Part shown: piece after piece, positions 1-12,946 of the stretch
Layout: each line of letters starts with the position of its first letter
How positions within the stretch are numbered: the stretch's first letter is position 1
Origin: Hyphochytrium catenoides
Lineage: Eukaryota; Protista; Hyphochytriomycota
Reading direction: 5' to 3'
Length of the DNA: 46,988 nt
Assembly: GCA_900088475.1 (NCBI GenBank)
Contig: FLMG01001768.1
Span: forward strand, 1 to 46,988
Notes under the pieces: model-generated
What the model saw: only the letters and a program-made list of their open reading frames with translations
What the model was told of the DNA's origin: nothing
Database searches by the model: none
Program-made: the position numbers and the translations under genes

Positions 1-1983
1 CATGTCCTTCATTGCTTTGTCTAAAGAAGCTGTAAAACCGAATGAGCGAAAATGAGCCTCATCTTGACGGCGGATGGGCACAGCTCACTCACGGTCTATA
101 TCCGGCGCTGTGGCAGTTTTGATTCTTTGGGTTTCCTCCTGGCGTGCGGACTTCAGTTCACTACCACGGGACTGTTAGCGGCAGTCAGATAGAGAATGGC
201 GATGGTATGAGGTACCTGATAGGCCGCTCAGAGGTTGGATTCGCCGTGCTTCTTCCAGAAGTCGGCCTGCATACAACGTGGGCATCGCTTAGACTCTATT
301 CTTAAAAGACTAAGAACGCGGCAGAGAGAGAGAAGTTTACCGCTGTCTATCAAAGGCACCGTTTCCTTCCTGCGAGGTAGGCATCCGCGGCTGAAGACGA
401 CTCCCAACATTAAGTCTTTGAGCGGCATCTATCAACCGTTGAGTCAGTAAAGCTAATCTTCACTTACAAGCTCTCACACCTCTTACCTGGCCCCTGCTGT
501 CCATACTCTGGGCCACCAACCACTCCATCCAGGGGCTGCCCAGCTAGCATATGCCTGCTTTGTGTCTGGTAGAGGGGCATCTGGGGCTGGGAGCTTTCCT
601 GGTAGTGAGGGCCCGAGTACTCTTGCATCTGGCCCCGTCCGGTGTGTGCTTGAGACTGACTGTAGTTAACCTGCTGCTGCTGCTGCTGCAAAAGTGGCGG
701 CTGTGGGGTCTGCGAATATAAACCTCGGTGAGGCTGCTGCGGTTGGTGTTGCTGAATCGGGTCCACAGGATACAATGACTGAGTGTGATAGGCCGCGACT
801 GGAGCCCGCTGAGGCGCTGCTGTCTGTGGGGGTGGCAGATGGTGAAGCTTCGGCTGGCCTGTCTGCGGCGTTGATTTAGGTCGAACCGCCCCAGAGTCCG
901 ATGTAGGAGGAGCCCCCAAGGGTCTAACCATACTGAGCTCCACAACCCACACCGCCACGAATGACTGGCTAAGTGATGCCCCCACCAGCTGTTTCTCAGC
1001 AGTTACTGTGGAATCTGAAAGGTAACCCCAACCAACGTCTACGACATCTTGACACTGTGTCGTTGGCTCCCAGGACCAGACCTTAGCCGTATCCTGGTTA
1101 CAGGCAATGATACCAAGACTGTCTGGCAGGAATGACAGGCTTTTAGTAAGTGAATTGTCCGTTGCGGTGGACGAAATAGCAGCGAAAGTCTCCAAATCCC
1201 AAAACTTGACCATCCTATCTCCCCCGGCGGTAGCCAACAAAAACTCTTCCGGGCTGAACTCGACCACATTAACAGGTCCGTTGTGAGCGTCAAAGCTGAC
1301 AAGCTGCTTGCCTGCTGTGATATCCCATAACCTCACAGTCCCATCTTTTGATCCTGAAGCTATCCATCGCCCTGGACAGAATGGCATGGAAACGGATATA
1401 CGGGTTGAGATAGTGCAGCAAAGACGCTAGTGAATGCTTCTCACCATCAGGGCTGACTTTCACTTGTGTTAACTCCTTTGCGTGGCCCTTGTACGTCTGT
1501 ATGCACGCCTTGCTTCGCAGATCCCATATTTTCAAATTGGTGTCCAAAGAACCTGAGGCAACAAAGTTGCCTGAGGGATGATAGTCGATGCATGTACAGC
1601 TCGACATGTGGCCCTTAAGGGTTCTGGAAACCTTGCCTTCTCTTAGGTCAAAACACTTTATAGAGCCTCCTTGTGAGCCTGCGACGACGGACTCCTCATT
1701 GAGATCAAATATGACGCATTCGACCGGCGAAGTATGGCCTGCCAGACTCACAATGCAAGTGGGCTTGCCTAACCGCCAGAGATTGACAAGCCTGCAGCAG
1801 GTCGGAGTCCGTTAGCATAGGGTGAAAATCAATTTTGATGCTTCACCCAGTTGTCTTTCAAAGTATTTACCTGTCATCTCCGCCCGTGGCCATGACCTGG
1901 TTCGATTTTCTGCCAATGTGTGCACAGTTGACATTAGAGGTATGTGCCACAAACTCCTGCAGTTTGTATGATCGCTTCGCCAT
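1..1983 (-). CDS. KATNB1: Katanin p80 WD40 regulatory subunit, multi-exon, 3' end outside window
   Basis: ATG at 1983 gives [38 protein letters not shown], the typical p80 start. GT-AG splicing (exons 1983-1871, 1791-1445, 1371-487, then small exons to the edge) joins WD40 repeats [40 protein letters not shown] and [23 protein letters not shown]-rich linker follows. Confidence 0.92.
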
Positions 1984-2820
1984 CGTGTAAGCTGAGCCCA
2001 AATGGGCAAGGACCCCAATCCTAGAATAGTAGCGGAGCTGAGTTGCCCTTCACATCACCTTGCCCTTCCCATTTGTCTTCGAGACATCCATATACTCATC
2101 GAAGGTTGCAAACCCCAAGCATGTCTGCAACAGTTACTGCTGCCTTACTAGGGAAGGTAGTGACAGACTGTGAGTTGTGTATGATACATCACATGGGAAG
2201 CTGCGCTTGAACAGCTAAAGGCCTTTACATTCTATGGCCAGGCTTCAAGGTCGAGATACTTCACACCTTTCGATCTTCATCAATAATCTCTATCAATAAT
2301 CTCCATCTGCAGATTGGATTGAAGCTTTTTGATTATTACCTCTATTACCCAGAGAACGTTAACTCTTCATAAAGCGACAGAATAACTTTCAATTGAAGCT
2401 TACGAGTCCACACTCCATGTGTATATTACCAAGGAAAAATATGAAGAAACCTTTGTATCCTTATATTTGATTCTTTCGTCACTTGAAAGGTTTTGTCTTT
2501 TGGGCTTTGTGGGTTGGTAAGGAGAGTTACTGGGTGGGCAAACATATTGTTACTTCGCCTACCGGGGTGGTAGCACCATAAACAAGGGTAACACGGTTAG
2601 CCCATGAAGAGAACTAACCAAGATTCTGATTCTTTCCACACCAAAACCTTGAGCTCACCCACTCCTCCAGACTTTGGCATGAGAATCTGCTTTGTACCTC
2701 TGAATGAATAAGCTGGGAGATCACAATCTTCAATGCAAGTGCTAGCATTATCGAATTCCGCAGCTGCTATCTTGTTCTTAGAGCTTGATTACAAAGCGCT
2801 TAGGCAGGCAGCAATGCTCT

Positions 2821-4046
2821 ATGAGTGATAATAGGAAGATGATGGGTCGACGAAGCGCCGATGAGGCAAGGGACGAGCTGAAGCCCATCCTTCTGGGCTC
2901 AGAGTTTGGCACGGCGGATCCCGAAGAGTTGGCACACAACACTGCAAAGCAGGAGAGGGTCCGCTGGCTCTGGCTGCTGGGCATCGTCTACCTTGTTATG
3001 GTCACCATAATCTGGTCGGCGGCCAGTGTTTTCGTGCAGTACATCTTCCATGACCTAGGCTTCAATCGGCCCCTCTTCCTAACGTACGTAGCCAATTCAC
3101 TCTTTATCGTCAATCTACCCCTCAGCTATGCAACGAAGCTGCTGCGATCGAAGGTGAACAGACAAACCATTAGATCCTCCGACTGGGTGACAACCACTGA
3201 AAGAGAGCGGAGTCGTCACGTCCCCTATACCACGGCCCAGACTGCTCAAATAGCACTCATCATCTGTCCCCTGTGGTTCCTTGCTAATTATTCTTATAAC
3301 GCGGGACTGAACCTTACAAGGTAGATTTACGACCTTTCCTTACCTTCACGCAAAGTAACATCCTAACGGTGGCTTTTTGCTCTATCCAAATTGATAGCGT
3401 ATCATCATCAACGGTCATCTCGACCACCTCCGTCCTGTTCACGTTCCTCTTCAGCGTTTGCCTTCTGGCTGAAAGGTTTTCTGCCATAAAGTTACTCGGG
3501 GTCGTGGCCTGCATGTTGGGCAACGTTCTCACTACACTGCACGATAAGAATGGGAGTGGTAACGATACGGTCCTTGGTGATCTCCTGTGTCTGCTATCTG
3601 CAGCTATGTATGGCACCTACACCACCGCTATTCGCAAACTCATCCCAGACGACGAACGAGTGAGCATTTCGCTATTCTTTGGGCTCTTGGGCCTGTTCAA
3701 TGCGGTCATCTTCCTTCCCATTGTGCTTGTCTGCCATTTCTCCGGGGCCGAGTCTCTTTCTGCTTTGAATTGGCAAATTCTGGGTTTACTAGTAGTGAAA
3801 GGGCTCCTAGACAACGTTCTCTCAGACTACTTGTGGGCCAAAGCCGTCATCTACACATCCCCAACGGTGGCGACCGTAGGTCTGTCCCTTACTATTCCTA
3901 TGGCTGTCCTGTCGGACATGACCCTGCATCATATTCTGCCGACAACACTTTCATGTCTAGCTGCTGCACTCGTACTGCTGGGATTCGTAGCCATTAACAT
4001 AGGCTCCATCGAAAAGGTTAACCAGCAGCCGGCCGACGCGCGGTGA
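2821..4046 (+). CDS. SLC35F5/Thi74-like DMT (EamA) superfamily transporter, 2 exons
   Basis: About 10 hydrophobic segments. Motifs FNRPLFLTYVANSLF, CPLWFLANYSYNAGL, GDLLCLLSAAMYGTY and SDYLWAKAVIYTSPTVATVGLSLTIP. Intron 3321-3397 (GT..AG) joins the two ORFs in frame (LTSVSSSTVIS). Confidence 0.9.
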
Positions 4047-4193
4047 GCTGGACTCACCTCGACCGTCTTTGTCTGTCTTCTCTATTCTAGTTTTGGAGTT
4101 GAATTGGCTGTGTACAGCTAGTTCATTTTACTAGCTGCCTCGTATAAATAAGTAGAGATGAGATTCTCGAGGACTGCCCCTCAAACAATGAGG

Positions 4194-6837
4194 TTAAGCT
4201 CTTCCAGCAAACTTCCTTATCAGCGTCATGACCTGTCAAAAGTACCAGGAGTTTAGAGAGGTGACCCTGGCAGCAGCAGGCCACGTTAGACAAAGAAGAA
4301 GCAGTCGAACCTCAGATCCAGGAAACCTTCCTAGAAAGCCCTCCGCTGCAGCTGTCTCATCGAAAGTGCGGACGCTATCTATTGGAGTTTGGGCTCTAAT
4401 AGCTCCAAGTTCCAGCCTGCCTTCTAGGGCCTAGAGACGAGATCAGATCAAAACAGGAGCAGCATCTGAGAGGACTTTAGGGCTTACGGCGAAGGCTGAC
4501 TTCACTTCCGCGATGGCGAAAGGAACCGGTTCGAAGCTGTGATCTCCTGTCAGGAGCGGGGTAGAGTGGTCCCCAGTGACAACAATGATGAACTGGAGGA
4601 CGAAGATAAAAAGACGGTCATTAAGGGCGGTGTGCGGGCTTGGCCTCTTACAACTCTACCTCGTCTTCCATTCCTGCAAGCTGGCGTATCAAGTCTTGAA
4701 TCATTTGGTCTATCACCTCTAAAAAGTGCACCTGAAGGAGAGATGCCACAGAAATCAGTTACCTACTTTCACCTGGCCTACCTTAAACGCAGGCAATGAA
4801 TTAACAATACTTGGCTAGTTACCTTCTTTTCCACATCTTTGTCATGTCCAGCGTCATCTACCGCCTTGGTGTGAACAAAACCAAATTCATATCTGGGAAA
4901 TCCTGCAGGAAGAAAGAGCGAAAGGCCTAAGAGCAGGCGATGCAATAAGAAACAATGAAAGCAGACCTTGATCCGTGAGTTTGAAGGCTTTTACAGCTGT
5001 CTGGGCCTTTGAAGAGAAATTGCTGTGATAGTCTCCCGTAGCTCCTGGTGCATGCAGGACGTCTGTCCCGAAGAACGGCGTTTAGTTCTATAAAGGGACA
5101 GCCAAGCCTTTCCCATTTAACTCATAAGTATCGGGGCACTAGCGATGTCATATGGCCAAGAAAGATCAAATTCTGTCCGCCATCCTCCTCCAACTTTCGT
5201 TTATCGTTCTAAGCTAAGGAGATACTCCCATAATTCGTACCAATGCCGATGGACATGCCGAGCCCTGCGATAATGCAGGTGGGAGCAATCATAAATGCGC
5301 GCATTCCATGCTTCTCCTGAAAAGATTGTACCTACGGCCGTCGGGCGAGGATAAGATAAACGCTTGAGAAAGAGAAGGAAGAGAGCAGAAAAGAACAGAG
5401 CATGGATGTAGAGGCTCAGTATGAGGCCAGGGAGATGACCTTGACTACGGAGACGTCTTACACTAATTCTTTCCCCTGGGCCTCTAAGCAACACCATGTT
5501 AGCAGGGGGCTTGCCTTCTTCCTGACGGCGTACGTTCAGCGGATGTACCGACAACTTCTTGTAAATCTCTTCGACGAGCTCGTTGACAACCTGCGATGTC
5601 AAAAGAGATCAGCAACCAAGATCCCTCCTTGTCACACTCCATTGCCGACGTACTGCGGCAGTGCGGGTAGAAGCTTCTTCGTCATCCAAGGGCTCAGAGC
5701 GCACCAATGGCAACCTGGATGAGCGAGCAGGGTAAGCTACAAAGCCCTCCTTTCCTGCGTCCTAAGTATGTACTCTATTCTAAGGAACACATTTTCCTGT
5801 CAATCGCAAGTCTATTCCATCAATCTGCAATCATAACTATCAGCCTTCCTTCAATTTTTACCAGGATCAGCTCTCTAAAAGACAAGAGTCCTCACCTATC
5901 TTTCAATGGATCGGTGCCTGTGATGGTATCGGTCAGCTTGGAGGCACCCACACCCCTCAAGCGGACACCGCAACGATGCTCGGTTGCGTACTTAACCCCA
6001 ACTGATACGTCAGGGAAAGAAGGCAGTTGCAGACCGTCAAGGTATGGACAGAGCTCCAAGCCCCAAGAAGGAAAGTCCCTGTCTACTCTCCGCCTTATGA
6101 CAATGGGCAGGTTGGTCTCAAAGTCTGGAGGCGTGGAGTCATCCTGATCATCCATGCATGAAGCCAAGAAGGAGGACATGATCAGCAAATATCAGCAAGA
6201 GAGGACACAGACAATAGTTAAGATGAGCGAAGGCAAAAAAATAGCCTAGGTACCTCGAAAAGGACCGGCTACTCACACAGCCGCAACGTGTGCAGTGACT
6301 TACAATCGTGGCAAAGTTGCTCTTGAAAGCAATGTCGCCCGGCTCCATAGCCAGACCTGCACCCATAACCTCAAACGCTCCCCTTCCGCGATAATACCTG
6401 CAAGCATAAGAAAACAATTCCATAGAGTGAGAGGAGCCCAGGTGGTAGGTTCTTGAAAGTTCAAAACGATCTTTACGAGACTAGCTAGGAGTGACATGAC
6501 ATGGGCAGAGACTCTAGTAGGAAAGATAAAGCGAGGCTACCTTCGAGGGTCGTAGCCAAAAATCGACATGTGCGCTGTATCGCTCCCACAGCCCAAGCCC
6601 GGTTCCACGGAGTCCAGCAAGCCGTTAAGGCCTCCAGCTGAAAGCTAACACTCTTAGGGAATTCTAAACTGACTGTGAAAGTCCAGATGATTTCGTACCT
6701 GCGATTGAGTCCATGGCAGGGGTCTTAGCCGCCTGAAGAGGGGTCTGACCATTCAGCTGCGGCAGGTTCACATCACCTAGTCCATCAATCAGGATAAACA
6801 GTACCCTCCGAGGCGCTCGTGTCTTCTGCTGATCCAT
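4194..6837 (-). CDS. apgM: 2,3-bisphosphoglycerate-independent phosphoglycerate mutase, archaeal/ApgM type (alkaline phosphatase superfamily), 13 exons
   Basis: Spliced product contains [84 protein letters not shown] and [14 protein letters not shown]. All introns are GT-AG. Stop TAA at 4194-4196. Confidence 0.92.
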
Positions 6838-7277
6838 CGGACCACTGTACCGCTACCTTCCCTCCGGGAAAGGTCTCGTAGGCCCGTCCCGCACGTGTAA
6901 CTCACCTGAGAGCTTCTTGACGATAATAGAGATGCAGGCGACAATGCGCTTCAGGATCTGTGAAGCAGCATTTGGAGCTTCCAGGAGCTTCAGAAGTCAG
7001 AAAACCGCTGCCCACGAGCAAGGAAAGATCTTCATCCTCATCAGATCTCACAAAACCATTGCGTGTACTTGTACCAATAAGTTTCGAATCAGTATGGCTA
7101 AAGCCAAAGGATCATGAATAAGGAGAGAACATATCGTTGGCAAGAAGAAGGGAAAGTTTTTAGTTACAAGTAGCTTTCAAGGTTTCATTGAAACCTATAG
7201 GCTTTACACTTAGTTAGCCTGTTGAAAGATATTTATGAAAGCTTTCGCTGAAGTCCATTGTCATGATGCTTTTTCCG

Positions 7278-7470
7278 TTTCTCTCTCTTCTTCTTCTCTT
7301 CCCTTTCTTATCATGCTCGCTCCTCTCGCCCCTCCTCCTCTCGCTGCCTCCCTCTCCTTCCTCTCACATCGCTCTCCCTCTCGCTCGCCCTCGCCCTCGT
7401 TCGCCATCTTCTCCTCCCCTCCTCTCTCTCTCCCTCTCTCTCTCTCTCCCTCTCTCTTTCTCTCCCTCTC

Positions 7471-7518
<48 letters not shown>

Positions 7519-7675
7519 NNGCGCTCGCTCGCGCTCTCTCTCTCTCTCTCTCGCTCTCTCGCTCTCTCTCGCTCTCACTCGCTCTCTCACTCTCTCGCTC
7601 TCGCTCACTCTGGCCCTCTCTCTCTCTCTTCTCTCTCTCGCGCCCCCCCTCTCCGTGTCTCCTATCTTCTCTCTC
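7278..7675. repeat. Imperfect (CT)n microsatellite with NN assembly gap at 7519-7520
   Basis: Directly visible ctctct tract interspersed with ctcg units. Confidence 0.95.
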
Positions 7676-8094
7676 ATTGACTTCTTAGGCGTCATAAGTC
7701 GTCCATTCATGCCTTCTACCCAGCTGCGAGCTTATCTCCACTCCTCTTCTCTTTTCTCCTCTCTTTTCGTGATTCTTGACTGTGCAGAGCTTAGCTTCTG
7801 CTATCACTGGCGCTCTGCTCTCTCTCCAGCTGGCTCCTTTCCCTTCAGTGTTAGTGTAGAGGTGATCCTTACTCGTCTCCTCGACAGGCCATCCCCTTTT
7901 ACCCTTAAATCCTTCCCATCTCTTGCCGCTGCAGCGGTGGCCCTTTTCCCATTTCCCCCAGGCAGACCTATCTCAGCCGCTTGGCTCTGGGTTGCTAAGC
8001 TGTAGGACGTTAAAGGTCTCCTTTGTGTTATTTCTTCTTCAACTGCCTACGTCCTTAGTGATTGACAAAAGGCGACCCAGTCACAAGACACAGC

Positions 8095-11000
8095 ATGGGA
8101 AACTCCCTCACCCTGCACAAAGCGATCGAGGACGGGGATGTCGCAGCTGTCAAGCAGATGCTGGCGGCCATACAGGTCGAACAGCAGGACGAGCAAGGGA
8201 GAACACCGCTGCTTGTCGCTGCTGGTGTGGCCGATGAAGGTTTGCATCCGGCGGCCACAGAGATTCTTGAGAACCTCATCAACGTAGGGAAAGTAAGTCA
8301 CGCTAAGCAGCTACATTAACCAGGTCCTTCCAAACGACGACCAAGAAGTTAGTCCTCTGACCCAGGTACTCTTTAGGCAAACCTAGACCATCGAGACGAG
8401 CGCGGCTGGACATGCCTACATTATGCCTGCTCTAGCCTTAACATTGCTGCCTTAAGGGTACTACTCGAGCGAGGTGCCTCCGTCATGAGAGATAATGTGG
8501 GCCTGTTCCCTCAAGACCTCCTCAAGCCAAACAAGGACTTCTGGAAGGTTACCACTGAAGACGTGATTCAGGCACACGCTTTGCTAGAGTCGGCAAGAGA
8601 AAAGGAAGAAGGAGATTATGTCCTGGACGTCATCGGACACAAAACCAGTGGATTTACTTCAGTGGCGCCAGGAGGAGAGCTGAAGGCCGGAGCGATGATC
8701 ACAGGTTGGTGATGAAGAACTGACGAGCTGTGTCTTCTGTTCTTTTTAGGTCTTCCACTCTTCTGACGACTAGTGCTTCAAAGCGTGAGTCGGTTCTGTC
8801 CTAGCTACTGCTCCCTTGTCTTCTATTCTGGAACTGTCCCAACTTCAATGATTCTCTTTCTCCGCTGGACTGTCGTATGCTCCCTTCCTTCTTTCATCGC
8901 TCTCTCCTTCTCTCGCTCTGTCACGCATGGTCTCTACCACAAGCTCTCTCCTAGGCACGCGGTCTCTTTGGTGCTTTCAAGAACCACTTTCCGCCTAACT
9001 GCGGTTCAAACTTCTCACCTGTCCGCCCTCTGCAACCTCTTCTGGTCTTTATCGGGTTATCATATCTCCCAAAAGTCAACTTCAGAATCCCAGCCCAGCA
9101 CTCGCCAAAGGATTATATTCAGCTCTACTACCGCCGGGACTTGAAAGGGAAAGGAGAGTACGGCCCACATCAGTGAGTTTGATAGCGCTCTGATTCTTGC
9201 CTCTGCCTAGATAGAAGCATGTCCCTAGTCCACCTCCATACCTCCCGCGTCCTACATTTTCCTTGTGGGTCTTGTTATTTATGCCTCTTGTGCTGGAGCC
9301 TCTGCCAGTCTTTCATGAGACTTATTTGCAAATCTACAGAGCTGTGGGTGAGAAGAGTGCAGGACAGGTCCATTTTCAGACCCAGACTCTCCCATCCTCG
9401 TGCTTTGTAAACTTTATCTATGTTTGTTCAGGTAGTGTCTATGGATCTTCAATCATCATTCCCCAGCGTGAACCTACCGTTGCGTGACGCCGCTCTGCTC
9501 TCCTCACTCCCTTTATTGTACCACGATGATGCTCAAGATCTAAATAAGCTCTCAAGAAAGATCAAAGCGAGTAGCTCTTTGGTGTCCCTCTGTCCGAAGG
9601 TTGAAGAGCCGTACGACTTCGAAGTTTTCCTTCCTGGTGGATTGATTGAGGTGGAAACCGTCTTTGATGACGAGAGCGAGGCTTATTTGGGCATAAAGAG
9701 ACTTGGACGGAGTAAGTAATGGCGCAGGTGATTGCCATCTGGCAGGGCAACCCTTTGTTACCTCGGCCTGGAACCTCGACTTTATCTCCCTGATACCGCC
9801 GCCATCGTTTCTTAGTCTTCCACTGTTCTTACTTAGTCTTCCCCTGTTCGGTGCTCCATACACTTATCCTTGAATGCCTCAGTAACCACATCCGCTTTGT
9901 CTATTTTGGCATAAGACTGCTATGCTTCTGCTTGCACGCTGACTTTTTGCCTGCTAGTCCGTGAGGGTCTTTTGGATGACTGTGAATGGTCTGCTGTAGC
10001 TCCCGGAAATCTACTTCTAGCTATCGACGGGCTTCCGATCCGAGGTGCCTATCTGGATGATGGAGACCACGTCATTGAGGCTCACCCGGCCAATGCCATC
10101 ATGAGACTCTCTCTTCGGAATTCTATTGTAAGCCTCTCTTCTCTGAAGTCCTCAGCGCTCTCGATCTCAGGCTTTGACTGCGCTCATGGGCCTCGTATTG
10201 GATTTGTTTATTGCTTTCCCATTCCGTAATGTCTCCCTCTCTTTCCCGAACTCCGACTCCGGGTCCTAAAGTCCATCTTGACTTAGCGCTAATCCATCAT
10301 CACGGTACATTTCGACAAAGGTCACAGGGGATAGACTTCCGGCCAAGGCTCTAGGCAGTGGCATCCTAGGGAAGTATGCCTATACGAGCAAAGATCTGAT
10401 ACCAGAGCTTGAGAGATACGTTGAAGCGGTACATGAAGAGCAAGAATTTGAAGAAGAAAACGAGGAGGAGGAGGAGGAGGGAGACTATCAACAGCACGAT
10501 GGAGATTGCGCTAGTGTTCCTGAGATCTATGAGGACCACAGAGAGCAGAAAGAAGGAGAGACTTTCACTAACAGGAGCGAAGACAAGGTGAGCCAAGGCA
10601 AGGACGAGGGATTGTGTGTCTCGGATGCTGCAGAAGGCTATCGCTTTATGGACGAGGATGAGACAATAGAACGAGCAGAAGAAGAGCGAAGGGAGATGCT
10701 GGAGGAGGTACGGGAAGAATATCGCTCTTTCTTTGGGGGAGAAGATACGGTGGAAGTGGCTGCTCAGCAGTTGGGAGCTCTGAGTACGAAGAGCTCCACT
10801 GTGAGTCGCATTGCAGCGTCTGGCCCTTCGGCTCTACCATTCAACTATTTCCGCACACTTTCAGCCAATGATATGATGGTTATGGGGAGAAGGAGCAGCC
10901 AGCTGACGGAGGACCGAAAAGTTTCCGCACCTTCACATGAGCTAGGAGGTACCGCGGCAGCGAAGGTGCAGGATACGAGAAACATCACCGCAGCCGCGTC

Positions 11001-11406
11001 GAGCCTACCTACCTCCGGACCTGCTACCGCAGGAACTACCACCAGTGTATGCAAGGAAGCTTTCGATGCTGATAGAATGCAGCCTTCCTCACAAGCACCA
11101 GCCCCACCGTGTCCTCCCATTTCTGCTGCAACTACACGAGCCCTGCTGCCGGGGATGGTGAAGGGTCCAGCTAACCCCATCCATTCTTCCATCCACTTCG
11201 GCAGCTCTACGAACCCAGCAGAGACTGGTGCTAACCCGTCAGCCCTCACCCGTCCAACTCAGGCTGGCAAGAGAGGGCCAACAAAGGGATCGTCAGGGGA
11301 CGCACCAGAAAGAGAGGACAACGAAAATGTTAGACAGGCAGTGCCTCCGCGTTCAGTGGTAGACTTGATGGAAGATCACGGCATATGGAGCACCCGAGGT
11401 ACCTGA
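8095..11406 (+). CDS. Ankyrin-repeat protein with SKICH/Ig-like and PDZ-like segments and an acidic, disordered tail (~714 aa, 7 exons)
   Basis: Phase-compatible GT-AG exons 8095-8292, 8377-8704, 9076-9172, 9340-9431, 9538-9711, 9958-10127 and 10321-11406 form one ORF. Ankyrin motifs LHKAIEDGD, QGRTPLLVAA and RGWTCLHYAC are clear. The SKICH-like and PDZ-like assignments are by-eye inference. Confidence 0.72.
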
Positions 11407-11763
11407 GAACATGCATCTTAAAGGGGTCGAACTATATTTTAGAGTCTCTTACTTGGCTGATTTTCTTTGCCAAACAATTAGATGATGAAGATTGAAGACC
11501 AGAAGCCATAAGTTTGCACGGAGGATTGAGAGTATCTCATGAGAAAGCGGCCCCAGAGCGCCGCCGGCAGGGCTAATCGCTAAGAACAAAATAATATTAT
11601 CATAAATATGAGTCCGACGGACGGGCCAGTAGCAATGCTCATTGAGTCAACAGCTATGAGGGGCGCTTATTGCCTGTGTATCCTGGCACACCGCTTCGAC
11701 TGCAGTAAGAACGATATGTTACTAGAGTCTGTGGAACAAGTGCGTGGCAAGCTGAAGGCCTTA

Positions 11764-12946
11764 CTAGTTCTCCAATAGCATGTCCTTACGCGGCACTTCG
11801 GCTGGTTTCTGCTCAGGCCCCGCCTGCTCTTTTGTACTGCTGAAGCTGTCAACCCTGGAAAGAGTCATGGCACGGCCTATACCTGCCAACAGAGAAGTGC
11901 GAGAACCTCGTCGAGCAGGAAACAGTGACACCTTGATGTGCATGAACGGAAGAGAGGTAGGTCCAGAGGTTAGGGATAAAGAGGACTGTCCTGACAGGAA
12001 AACGAACATCGTGACTCACATCCTGGCTTGATGGAGCAAGTGCGTTTCCCAGGTGTTTTCTTGCTCCAGCGACCTCAAACTGCCAAATTTTGAGATGCGT
12101 TGAGTGGGACAAGAAAGTAGGGATGAGAAGAGAAACCGGAGAACTGCGACGAGAGACATCTTGACCAATACGTAAAAGATGGCACCACGATCAAATGGTG
12201 CTTTCTTACCGGTGCCTCAACTCTCTTCTTTCCTGGTTTTGCTGTCCAATTTTGCTCTGCCAATTGCGTGGCGTCAGTTTTCTCTTTCGCTGTGAGCGAC
12301 TGGTACGAACTCTTCCATTCGGCAGCGCTCGCGGTTCCACCAGGACCAAGCTGCAAACATAGAAACAACAGTGTTCCATCACTTCTTAGCGCAATGTATG
12401 AACAGAGATTCTTCAGAGCTCTCTTATACCTGGTACGTCGCAGCGTGTAATGGGGCATTATTTGCCTCCTAGAAGATGTGAAAGTGAGGTTTAGCGAGTG
12501 CTTGCAGGATGAAAGGATTCGCGAAGGATGGATTAGAAGGGAATGAACTAAGAAGAGAGGGTATACGTGCTACAATAGAAGAGGAACGGCTGTAGGTTAC
12601 ATGAGAAGCTATTACCTCCTTCCGGCTGACGAAGCGCACATCCTCCTCGAAGTGCTTTTTCCCCTTCGAGTAGTCTAGAGTTTTCGCTCCATCGCTGGGC
12701 ATGAAGCCGTCTTCCGTGGGCGCTATACCCTAAAGAGAAGGTTATGGCCTGTCAAATGGTTGGCTTGTCTTGGAAAGATTGAATGAGGACTGATACCGTT
12801 TGCATGGCTGCAGGGCTCTCATAGTGCCTCCTGCGATAGTTCTTAGGCACTACTCCGCCCCAGTCAGCCTCAGGATGGTCAGGGTCTACTTTAGGATTAA
12901 GATGCGGTATGGGCTCGGGCAGTCGAGAATGCGAACCATCGGACAT
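11764..12946 (-). CDS. Hypothetical multi-exon protein (DPDHPEADWGG motif), 3' end uncertain
   Basis: Exon-like blocks MSDGSHSRLPEPIPHLNPKVDPDHPEADWGGVVPKNYRRRHYE, GIAPTEDGFMPSDGAKTLDYSKGKKHFEED, LGPGGTASAAEWKSSYQ...KPGKKRVEAP and FEVAGARKHLGNAL are bounded by GT/AG sites. Confidence 0.55.

Noticed and set aside
7235-8005. Long ORFs rich in SL or ER repeats (also 36046-36767 and 42610-43004)
   Set aside because: They are translations of CT/GA microsatellites, which lack stop codons, and one spans an NN gap.
11654-11700. GVPGYTG motif (ciliary PYG-like) as the last exon of the 11.7-12.9 kb gene
   Set aside because: I could not find a phase-compatible, stop-free upstream exon for that frame.
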